Below, in pieces: positions 36,201 to 48,479 of a DNA stretch of 64,000 nt. The DNA is from Felis catus. Lineage: Eukaryota. The notes below the pieces were generated by a model that was given only the letters and a program-made list of their open reading frames with translations, had not been told where the DNA came from and searched no databases. The first letter of the stretch is position 1, and every line of letters begins with the position of its first letter. The stretch is from contig NC_058377.1 in the NCBI RefSeq assembly GCF_018350175.1, forward strand, positions 108,004,001-108,068,000. Direction: 5' to 3'. A program made the translations under genes and the position numbers.

Positions 36201-39200
36201 CGTGCTGGGCCAGCTGAGAAGTATTTGCAGCAACTTGATGGGACACGGTGTTGAAGAGCTTTGGCCATAAAGAATGACCCCTAGGTTTCAGGTGACCCCT
36301 GGATGGTGGATCTGGTGCTCCAGAAACTACAAGAAGATCAGGTGTGGGAACAGGGACAAAGTGAGCTAGGTTGGTGTTTTTGTTTGTGGTTTTTACTTTC
36401 TGAAAGGGAGCCAGACGTGAAACAAACCTGGAGGACCCTGTGGCCCTTGTATCATGAAGGCTCTTGTAGATCATGAGAAGGATTTTGGTCTTCATCATAA
36501 CTCTGGAGATCCATGTCAGATGACAACAGTGTCTCAGGTTAGAAGGAGCCTTGACGGATCTAGTCCAGTCCATCTCTTCTGTCCTCCGAGTACCTCTAAG
36601 GGGTGGCCTTCTGACTCACGCTGGAGGTGGGGAGCCTTTATCGAGGGGTGGGATCTCAGAACTCGGAGGATAAGGGAGTTAGGTTTTGAGGTGCTAGGAG
36701 CTGACGAGACGGCAGATACATGTGTGGGTCTGGAGCTCAGAGGGGAGAGCTAGGCTGGAGGGATAAGCCTGGAAGTCTGCTGTGAAGAGGAGGAGGTTTT
36801 AAAGGGAAGTGTGGGTGGGACTGCCCAAGGACAGGATAGAGCCTGAGAAGAGGAGAGAGCCCAGAACAGGCCTCTGAAGAGTGCATGTTTGATGGCCGTA
36901 CAGAAGAGGGTGAGCCTGTAGCAGAGAGAGGAGCGGTCACAGAGGGAACGTGGTATCAGCACGAATGTACATCCATTCGGCTGATTCCTTCGTTCGTTCA
37001 CTTACTTGCCAAGTATTGGATTGCCTGTGCGCCGGGCACTATTCTAGGCCCAAGGATATAGCTGCAAACGAGACAATTGCTCAGCCATCACAGAACATAC
37101 ATTCTAGAGAAAGAGACAGAAGATAGGATCGTTTTCCCTGTCAGGAGCTCTGGAGAAAATGAAACAGGATAGTATAGAGAGAGTGGGCGGTTGGGAGTGG
37201 TTTCGAACGGGGTGGCAGAGAAAGGGTTTTGTGAGGAGGGGACAATGAAGGTGAATGTTGAAGAGCCGACCGTGGGAGGATTTGGAGGCAGAGTGGCTCA
37301 GGCTGAGGAAGCGACCTGTGCAGAGGCCCTGACAACTCTATGACCAGAGTAAGAGTGACGGGATGATGGGAACAGGACCCGACTGCATAGGATGTACATG
37401 GGGGGGGGGGGGGGGCAGGCATTTTCTGGGTGGAGTAAATATTTTAGGCTTTGTGGGCCACCTGGTTTCTGTCCTCATCTCTGCTATTGTAGCCTGAAAT
37501 CAGCTATAGACGCCGGGTAAGCGTATTCATGGTTGTATTCCGGTGAAACTCCTTTCCACCAACAGCTGTGACATCCAGAATATCAGCGAAAACAGTGGAG
37601 CAAGTGTATTTGGACATCTCCTTTCCATAAAAGGAACCGAAACACTGGCCAAAACGGTCAGAGTCAACTTTTTCAGACTTCTAGAAATCAACCAAATGTT
37701 TGTAGCAATCTTACGAGCCTTTATTCACGAAAAACAGCCGAATCTTGGTCAAAGTAGTGAATTCTTTGTAGTGGTGATGTTTTAACTTGGCCCACCATTT
37801 CCTCTCCAGCTCAGCAGCAGCCTTGGAAAATAGCCTCTATTTCTAGTTCTGGAGGGACCAGAACAGGACTGGACCTGTTTCAAAGCCTCATGCTGAGAGA
37901 ATTGTCATTATGTAACCTGTCTGGTGCTTTCCTGAAAGATTCTACTCCCTAGATTTGTCTTTATTTGTCCTGACCCTGAGGTCACCCAGTACTAAAAGCC
38001 TTTCACCAGGGGGTGTTTGTCAAAAACAATTACAGACAGGTATTGTGTCTGCCTGAAGTGATGGATAATATTTGGGGCAAAAAATAGACTTAAAAAAGCT
38101 TAAAAAGAAAAAGCTTAAAAGAAAAGCTAAGAAATGAGACATCCATATTGGGAATCTTGAAGGTCACATATATATAAGACATGCTTTTTTTTTTTTTAAA
38201 GTTTATTTATTTATTCTGAGAGAGAGGGGGAGAGAGAGTCCCAAGCAGCCTCTGCACTGTCAGTGGAGAGCCTGACATGGGACTCGAACTCATGAACTGC
38301 AAGATCACGACCTGAGCTGAAACCAAGAGTCAGATGCCTAACTGACTGAGTTACCCAGATGCATGCTTTTAAGAAAGACCTCAGGATGCCCTATGCTCTC
38401 ACCTCTGGCTCATCTTCGGGCTCTGCACATGTAGTAAGTGAAGGCTGAGGCAGAGTTGTAAGCTGCCTGGTTGANNNNNNNNNNNNNNNNNNNNNNNNNN
38501 NNNNNNNNNNNNNNNNNNNNNNNNNNNNNNNNNNNNNNNNNNNNNNNNNNNNNNNNNNNNNNNNNNNNNNNNNNNNNNNNNNNNNNNNNNNNNNNNNNNN
38601 NNNNNAGGAACTGGGGAACAAAAAAGAACATAAGACAGAAAATGAGTAACAAAAAGACAAATGCACGTCTCACATTATGAGTAGTTACAATAAACGCAAA
38701 AGGATTAAACTCTCCAATTAAAGCAGAGATAAGCAGAATAGATTTGAAAACCTCACATGATTCAAGAGTGTCTCCAAGAGACACTCTTTCTTTTTTTTTT
38801 TCTTCTTTTTAAGTTTATTTATTTTTGAGACAGAGAGAGACAGATCATGAACGGGGGAGGGGCAGAGAGAGAGGGAGACACAGAATCGGAAGCAGGCTCC
38901 AGGCTCTGAGCCATCAGCCCAGAGCCCGATGCGGGGCTCGAACTCACGGACCGCGAGACCGTGATCTGAGCTGAAGTCGGACGCTTAACCGACTGAGCCA
39001 CCCAGGCGCCCCAAGAGACACTCTTTCAATTCAAATACATAAATAGCTTGAAAGAAAAAGGGCTGATAAAGACATTCTATGCAAACAATAACCAGAAGAG
39101 AATTGGAATTGTGGTACCAATGTCTGACAAAATAGCATTTAAGGCAAATATTGTTACTAGAGACAAAGAAGGGCATTTTATAATGATGACAGGGTCAGTC

Positions 39201-42200
39201 CATGAGGAAGATTTAACAAATGTAAACATTTGTACACTTAGCAACAGAGTCCCAAAATACACAAAGCAAAAATAGACAGAATTAAAGGGAGAAAAAGAAA
39301 TTCAACAATAATAGAAGCACTAATATCCCACTTTTAAAAATGAATAGAACAATTATATAGAAAAACAAGTAAACAGAAGACTTAAAAGATCACTTGAACC
39401 AAATAGACCTAACAGACTCCACCAAGCAACAATAGAAGACACCTTATTCTCAAGCATAAATGGAGCATTCTCTAGGATAGACCATACGTCAGGTCATAAA
39501 CAAAGCCTCAATAAATTTAAAAGGATTGAAGTCACATGAAGTGTGTTCTCTGATCATGGTGGAATTAAATTAGAAATCAGTAACAAAGGAGTCTGAGAAG
39601 TTCACAAATATGTGAAAATTAAATAGCATGCTCTAAAATGACCAATGGGTTACAGAAGAAATTGCAAGGAAATTAGAAAATACCTTGAGATGAGTGAACA
39701 TGAAAACACAGCATTCCAGACCTTATGAGATGTAATAAAAGCAGCGCTCAGAGGGAAATTTATAGCTATAAATGCCTGCATTAAAAAAGAGAGAGAGATG
39801 GGGCACCTGGGTGGCTCAGTTGGTTAAGCATCCAACTTTGGCTCAGGTCATGATCTGGTTTGTGAGCTCGAGCCCTGTGTCGGGCTCTGTGCTGACAGCT
39901 CAGAGCCTGGAGCCTGCTTCAGATTCTGTGTCTTCCCCTCTCTCTACCCCTCCCCTGCTCACGCTCTGTGTCTCTCTCCTTCAAAAATAAATAAACATGA
40001 AAAAAATTTAAAAAGAGAGAGAAAGAGGGAGGGGCACCTGGCTGTGGCTTAGTTGGATGAGCATGGGACTCTTAATCTCAGAGTTGGGTGTAGACATTAT
40101 ATACATACAGACGCAAGGAAAGAAAGAAAGAAAAGATCTCAAATAAATAACATACTACCTAAGAAACTGGGGGGGGGGGAGTACAAACAGAACCCAAAGT
40201 GTGTCAAAAGGAGGGAATAATAAAGATTAGAACAAAATAAATAATGTAGAAAATCAATAGAGAAAATAAATGAAGCCAAAAATTGGTTCTTTGAGGAGTT
40301 CAGCAAGATTGACAAAACTTTAGCTAGACTGGCCAAGAAAAAAATGAGAGAACATTCAAATTACTAAAATGGAATGAGAAAGAAGATGTTACTACCAATT
40401 TTGCAAAAATACAAAGGATTATAAGAGCACACTGTGAGGAGTTGTATGCTCACATCTTAGAAAATGAGGTGAAATGTACAAATTCCTGGAGAAATACAAA
40501 CTTCCAAAACTTTCTCACGAAGTCATAAAATATCTTGGAAGATGTATAACAATGAAAGACATCAATATTGAAAAAAAACTCCCCACCAAGAAAAGCCTGG
40601 GACTGAATGGCTGCACCACTGAATTCTACCAAACATTGAAATAGTGCACAAGCTCTTCCAGCAATTTGAGGAGGCTAACTAATTCTATGAGGCTAGTATT
40701 AGTCGAACGCCCAAACCAGGGAAAGACAACATAAGAAAACTACAGACCAATATCCGTTATGAATATGGATGCCAAGCCCTCAACAAAATACTAGCAAACT
40801 AAACCCAGCAACACAGAAAAAGGATTACATACAATGACCAAGTGGGATTTATTCCAGGAACGCAAAGTTGGTTCAACATGCAAATCAATCAGTGGAATGC
40901 ACCATATTTGCAAGGCATCTTCTGTAATAATATTTAGTTTTGTTTCCAGTTCCTGAAATAACCCCAGATCAATAAAGGCAACATAGATGTCTTTTGTTAT
41001 TCATATAACAGACCCCTTTCAACCACACCTAAGTTTATGTTAATGAGATGATTTTCGGAAAGCCCCTTGATAACCAGAGGATAGGGGCAGGTTGCTAGGG
41101 GAACCAACCATGTGACTAATCAGAGGTTTGGAACTTTCAGCTCCACCCCCTAGACCTCCCGGATGTGGAAGTGGAGAGGGGCTGGTGATTGAGTTCAGTG
41201 ACCAATCTTTGATCAGTCGTGCCTCATCGGTGACGCCTCCACTAAACTCCAAAAGGAGAGAGTTTGAGAGCTTCCAGGTTGGTGAACATGCGGAAGTTGG
41301 GAGAGTGGCATGCCCAGAGAGGTCATGGCAGCTCTGTGCCCCTCCCACATATGCTGTCCTATGCCTCTCTGCCATCTGGCTGTTTCTGAGTTGTATCCTT
41401 TTGTAATAAACCGGTAATCTAGTAAGTAAACTGTTTTCCTGAATTCTGTGAGCTGCTGTAGCAAATTAATTGAACCTGCAGAGGGATCATGGGTGGGAAC
41501 CCTCCAATTTACAGCCAGTTGGTCAACAGTACCAGTGACAACCTCAACTTTGGACTGACGTTTGAGGTGGGGGTAGGGTAGTCTTGAGTGACCGAGCCCT
41601 GAACTTGTGAGATCTGACACTAACTCCAGGCAAATAGTGTCACAATGAAGTTAAATCGTAGGACACCCAGCTGGTGTTGCAGAATTGCTTGATGTGTGGA
41701 AACCCCACACACGTGGTGTCAGATATGAAGTTGCGTTGGAGTATCGAGAGTGGAGGAGAGGCACCAGAGTGTCTTTTCCCCTTACAGACACCAAAAGCAC
41801 AAGTAACTAAAGGAAAAAAAAAAAAAAAAAAAAAAGGTAAATTGGACTTCATCAGAATTAAACTTTTGTGTTTTAAAGGATACTGCCGGGAAAGTTAAAG
41901 GACAACTCACAGAATGGGAGAAAGTATTTGTAAGGCATATATCTAAAAAGGGTCTAATGTCCAGAATATATAAAGAACTTTTGCAACTCAGNNNNNNNNN
42001 NNNNNNNNNNNNNNNNNNNNNNNNNNNNNNNNNNNNNNNNNNNNNNNNNNNNNNNNNNNNNNNNNNNNNNNNNNNNNNNNNNNNNNNNNNNNNNNNNNNN
42101 NNNNNNNNNNNNNNNNNNNNNNNNNNNNNNNNNNNNNNNNNNNNNNNNNNNNNNNNNNNNNNNCCAGCAAATGGGATATAACAAATGTTGGAGATGTGGA

Positions 42201-45200
42201 GGACTTGGAACTCTCACACGTTGCTGGCAGGAATACAGAATGGTGCTCCTGAAAATAGTCTGGCCGTTTCTCAAAGAGCTAAGCACAGAGTTCGCCTATG
42301 TTCCAGCAGTTCCACTCACAGGAATATACTGAAGAGAAAATGTTTGCACAAAAGCATGTACATGAATGTTCATGGCAACATTATTCATAATAGTCAAAAG
42401 AAGCCAAATGGCTACCAACTGGTGGATAGAACAACAAACGTGGACCCGCACAGTGTAAGATTACTCAGCCATAAAAAATATAACATACCGATGTCATAGA
42501 CTCTGGGTCTGGAGTTCTGTCTTGTCCAGCAAGAGAGCAGACACAGGATTAAAGTGAGAGAGAGGCCAATGTCCGGGAGGAGACAAGCCCCGAGTGAGGG
42601 TCCTTGCTCTGTTTTTATTAGGATCAGGAAAGCTTACGAGCCTGAAGGATGTGCGCAAAGAGACCATGAAACTGTGAACATTAACTCATGGGTGTGAGGG
42701 AAAGGGGGTTTTGAAGATCGATGTGCAGTGTTAGGGGTTTGGGTCAATACAAAACAAAATCCTGGCCAGGGGGGGATGGTTGTTTAAGGCAGGCATGAGG
42801 CGCCACCTCTGTTTATCTTAACTTGACTCAGGGACAAGACAGCTGGCTACCTCAGGGTCAACAAGGCACCTGCTTTCTTTTGCTAATTGGCCCCACTGTC
42901 CTGCTGTGGTCTATAGCCCTGTTTACCTGTTTACCTATTTTGGCCCTTCCTTCCAGTAAAAGCAGCTTTCTGCTATTGTACTAAATTGGGGGGGGGGTCT
43001 GCCCTGAATACCTAATCTTGCCTACCTAATCTTGGATGCTTTTATCCTGGGGCTTCCTATTCCTGTATGCCTTGTTAACCCATGAGTGCAAGCTCAGGGA
43101 ATTCCTAAGCTTACTCCCCACATACGGATACATGCTAAAATGCAGAGAACCTTGAGATCATGCTAACTAAAAGAAGCCAAGCTCAAAAGGTCACATATTG
43201 TATGATTCCATTTATGTTAAATGTACACAATGGGCAAATTCATACAAGCAGAAGACAGATTTGTGGTTGGCAGGGACTGAGGCATGGGGAGAACAGGAAG
43301 TGACTGCTGAGGGTCTTTTTGGGGTGATGAATGTTCTGGAAACAGATTGTGATATCGGTTGCACAATCTTGTGAATATACCAAAAATACTAAAACCCACT
43401 GAATTTTATGGTATGTTGATTATATCCCAGTTAAAAACCAGCCAAACAAACAAACAAACAAAAACCCAACCAGGGATCAAGTCAGGTTTGGCCTGCGGGC
43501 TAAACTTTGCCAGCATCTGGCCTCAACCTTGAGTTTATGTAATAATGCGTTTATCTGTTTCAAAATTGAAAAGATCTCTCAAAGGTTGTGCAATGAAAAG
43601 CCTCTTCCCATTCCTTTCTCCAGGCAAAGACAAAGCAGTCTTTGATGGTAAACTTGACTGAAGATTCACAGACATACAGAAAAGCACACAGGCCATAAGT
43701 GGACAGCTCCATGAATTTCACAAACAGAACAGGTCTATGCAGTCAGCACCCAGGTCAGTAAGCTGCAGGCTAGCAAGGCCCCCTCCAGTCTCCTACCAGT
43801 AACCAGTTACCCCCCACTCCTCCCCCAGGCTGGTATATTGGTGTCCAAACAGCTAACCATTTGCCCTAGCCCAAGCTGGTTCAGTTAACAAGCTTGAAAT
43901 AGTTCAAAGATACACAGTGTAGTATTTATTACTTGGTGGTATGAAGTTGTTTTTGTTTTGTTTTGGTTTTTTTTTGACATGGTAGAACTTTAATTTCTAA
44001 TTTTGTGGCTCTGGGCCTGTGAAATCAGGAACAATGACACTAGTGGTAGGTTTTCTTTTACTCTGTTTTTTTTTTTTTTAATGTTTATTCATTTTTGAGA
44101 GAGAGCGTAAGTGGGGGAGGGGAGGAGAGAGGGGGAGGCAGAGGATCTGAAGCGGGCTCTGCGATGACAGCAGGAGCCCAATGCGGGGCTCGAACCTGCG
44201 AACTGTGAGATCGTGATCTGAGCTGATGCCGGACGCGCAACCGACTGAGTCACCCAGGTGCCCCTCTTTTACTCTGATAACGTAGTTTGGGGATTTTTCC
44301 CCCCTTTGGAAGTCAGATTCAAGTTTCCTTTTTGAGGTAGCACCTAAGTATCATGGGCCTAAACACCTAATCCAAAAAAGAATCTGCTCTTTTGATGGTA
44401 TGATTTGACAGACCTGGGAGGAGGTTGTGTCACAGGTTAAACTGTTAACAAGCAAGAACAAGAACTGGGGGGGGGGGGGGGGATGAAATGCCTCATGACC
44501 TTCCAAGGACCCCCATGACCACTGGCCCTGCATTCTCTCCCCAAGTTGGGTTGCTACTCCAGTCCTGCTCCGAGAATATTCCCCTGGCCCAGGAGCCACA
44601 CACAAACCAGCGGTGGGTGTGCGAAGGCTCACAGATGACCGCAGTTAGACGTTGCCAGGTTCCTTTCCGTACATATTGGTCAGTTTGTGCAACCACCAGC
44701 AACTAAGAGAAGAGCTCTTTCTATACACCCTGGCCAACGTTGCTGCCAAAAGTTTTCATCTTTGGCCATCCTATAGGTGAAAAGTGGTATCTCTGTGGAG
44801 TTTCAGTGTCTCTTGTGAGGTTGAAAGTCTTTTGCCTGTTTAAGAGCTGTTTGGTATCCTTGTCTGTGGACTGCCTGTTCATGTCCTTTTCCTATTTTTC
44901 TATAGACTTGTTCTTTTTCATAATGATTTATTTTTTTCATGTTTATCTATTAATTTTGAGAGAGAGAGAGAGAGTGCAGGTGGGAAAGGGACAGGGGGAG
45001 AGAAAATCCGCGCTGTGAGCTCTGAGCCTGACGCCACTGGGCTCGATCCCGAGAACTGTGAGATCCTGACCTGAGCCAAAATCAAGAGTCGGGCGCTCAA
45101 CTGAATAAGCCACCCAGGCACCCCAATGATTTATTTATTTATTTAAAATTTTTCAATGTTTATTTATTTTTGAGAGAGAGAGAGACAGAATGTGAGCAGG

Positions 45201-48200
45201 GGAGGGGCAGAGCGAGAGGGAGACACAGAATCTGAAGGAGGCTCCAGGCTCTGAGCTGTCAGCACAGACCCTGACATGGGGCTCGAACTCCACGAATTGG
45301 GAGGTCATGATCTGAGCCAAAATCAAGAGTCAGATGCTTAACCAACTGAGCCACCCAGGTGCCCCATGATTACATTTGAAATCACATTTAAACTTTGATC
45401 CGTTTGGGGTGTGTGTGTATGTGTGTGTGTGAGAGCATGTGGTCTGAATCCAACTATATTTTGTTTCTTTGTATTAACTCCATACTTAATCACCTTACTA
45501 AATTCTCTTATTGTTTGTTGTAATGTTTTCGGTGATTCTTTAGGGTTTTCTATTTATACAAGTCTATCGTCTGCAAATATTGATAATTTCACCTCCTTTT
45601 CAATTTGTGTATCTCTATAATATATTTCTTGAGTCCAATCGAATTGGCCAGTATCTTCAGAACAACGTTAGATAGTAGTGGTGATCATGGTTATCCTTGT
45701 TATCTTTCTGATTTTAAGAGGAATGCTTCTAGCATTGCTTCATTAACTTGATGCTGGGTTTTGGAGGTTAGAGAAATACTCAGCTGTTCATATTTTTTAA
45801 TTTTCATTTTTTAACGTTTATTTATTATTGAGAGACAGAGAGACACAGAGCGTGAGCAGGGGAGGGGTAGAGAAAGGGGGAGACACAGAGACTGAAGTAG
45901 GTAGGCTCCAGGCTCTGAGCTGGCAGCACAGAGCCCGACGCGGGGCTCGAACTCATAGACTGCAAGATCATGACCTGAGCCGAAGTCGGTCGCCTAACCA
46001 ACTGAGCCACCCAGGCGCCCCTGTTCATATTTTATTGAGAGACTTTTTTTCAAATTCAAGAATAGATGTTGAATTGGCCCTCTTTCACCTTTTATATGGG
46101 TGAATTATTATTGAAAGTTCTTTTTTAAAAATTTTTCTTTAATGTTTATTTATATTTGAGAGAGAGAGAGAATGGGCAGGGGAGGGGCTTCTAATGTTGA
46201 GCTGTCTTTACATTTATGAAATAAAAAACATTTGGACATATTTTGTCAATTATTCTTTTAATCCACTGCTGGATTATGTTGGCTAATTTACCTACACATC
46301 TCCATTTATTAATTTATGCATCTCTATTCATAAGAGACATGAATGTACCATTTTCATCTTTGAACTTTTTATTAACATTCTCATGTCAGTGTTAGGTTTG
46401 TTCCACAAATTAACGTGAAAGATTTTCTAATGTTTTCTGTTTGAGCATTGCTTACACAGAGCATTGGAACGAACTGCCCTTCTGAGCTCTGGTAGCCGCC
46501 CCACAACATCCCCTGGGCCTGGTGCCTTTGTGTGGAGGGGAGGGAGAATCTTTGATTGACAACACTCTCCCTCCCCTCCGTTTGTGTTTTCTGTTCTTCT
46601 GGAATCCACTTAGGTAACTTCTGTTTTTGTAGCAAATTATTCATTCACCTTTTCAATTCTTTTATGTGGAATCGAGCAAACTTGTATCTTGTGATTATTA
46701 TAATTTGTGTATTTATGATTATTTCACCCCTTATTTCTTATTTTGTTTTTTTCCCCTTAAAAAAAATTAGGTTTGCTAACATTTTATAAATTTTATTTTT
46801 TATCCTTTTATTTTCAGTGATCCTGATCTTTTTTATCTATATTGCAATAAACTTACTCACTGTCAGCGAGTAACCTGATGCAGGGCTCGATCTCATGAAC
46901 CGCGAGATCATGACCTGAGCCGAAGTTGGATGTGTAACCAACTGAGCCACCCAGGCACCCCATTTAAAAAGTGTATTAATTTCTGCTTTTAGCTTTACTA
47001 ATTTCTTTCTGCTTTCTTTTGTAGTACTTTTTCTTCTAACTTCTTGAGTTGAATGTTTATTCTAATTTATTAATATAGGGATTTAAAACTGATTTCCTCT
47101 GAACATTGCTCTAGAGAGCTATAGCCTATAGGTTCTGATTTCTAGTGTTCTCGCTGTTATATGCTGCAGTTTAGTTTGATTTCCCTTTTGACCCACTAGC
47201 CGATTAAGAATGAAGTTTTCTTTTTTTCTCCAAATGATGGGGTCTCTTTGCTTTCTAGTTTTGTTATTAATTTCCAATTTAATTGCATTGTGATTCTGTG
47301 TCTCCCTCTCTCTCCACCCCTTCCTCCCTCCCTCCCTCTCTCTCTCTCAAATAAATATTAAAAAAAATAAAGGGAGGCAGTTGGCATGATCTTGTGGCGC
47401 GGTTTTAGCTGTTCCGATGCATGGGATAGGTGGCTAGTTGGGCTTAACCTGCGGTAGAGTTTCACTAGCAAGTAATGGAGGGAGTGGACAAGAGAGGCAA
47501 GGGGGCTTGTAAACATGTGATGACACTGGTGGGGGGTCAGAGTTCCTGGGGAATGAGTAGGGAATTGCAGCTGTGAGAAGTGTGATGAGTAGTGACCCTG
47601 AGCTAGGGGCAGGGGTCCAGAGTTCCTGAAAAGGCAAAGGATCGTTAGAGTGGGTAGACAGGGTGAATGATCAGGATTACAGAAGGTGCGAGGCTTGAAG
47701 GCTGAGATTGACAGGTCTTGCCGAGGACCAGGAGAGGTGGCACAGATGAGGCAGAGGCAAGGGTGGGTGGGACCGAGGAGATTGTGAACGGAGAGTCGGG
47801 AATGTCTGAAGCCTCATTCACGTGGATGGTCATGTCCACAAGGAGGTGACAGTGACCAGGCACTGAGAGGTGAGGCAAAGAGGACAGGAGGGGCAGCAGC
47901 AAGAGGGATGCCGTTTGACGGCACAGTCTTCGAAGAAGCTGGGGTCTTTAAAAGGGAAGAAGAGTAGAAACTATCTAGAAGTGTAAAGATGCCAGGCCCT
48001 GAGGCACCGGTTGTGAAAAGAAGAACTCTTAGGCAGGTTTCCCCTGAGACAAGAGAGCTAAAGGACCCTTCAGAGAAGAGAGGACATGTTCCAGAGAGTG
48101 GAGTGAAATGGTTTGGGAAGTCTGCGAAGGAGATAAGGGCGAACAGATATTTATTGTCTCCTCTGTGCCACATAGTGCGCTGGGCGCGGAGGATGCCCCT

Positions 48201-48440
48201 GGGAAGGAGCAGACAGGCTCCTGCCAAGTGCTCTGTGCCCCCTTTTGGCATCTTCTGAGCGCAGGGACTGTGGCTCCACGGGCTGTCTCCGCACCAGGGC
48301 ACTTGTGCTCAGAAGATGCGGCCTTCCCTCCCATTTACTGTGACCAAACACCATTGCTTTTTGCACTGAATCGTCAACGTGACCCTTAAGGAGCTGGCTC
48401 AGGGGCATTTGGGAAGGAGGGTTGTGCGCGTGCGCGCGTG

Positions 48441-48479
<39 letters not shown>

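Larger units (their letters stand above)
37550..43475 (+). mobile_element. Old L1M LINE, fragmented, inserted into a MER58-like element
   Basis: ORF2 endonuclease remnant at 39048-39275 ([31 protein letters not shown]...PKYTKQK), RT-region text at 40140-40908, 3' portion at 41787-43475. MER58-like halves at ~37435-37550 and ~43480-43520. Confidence 0.85.
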
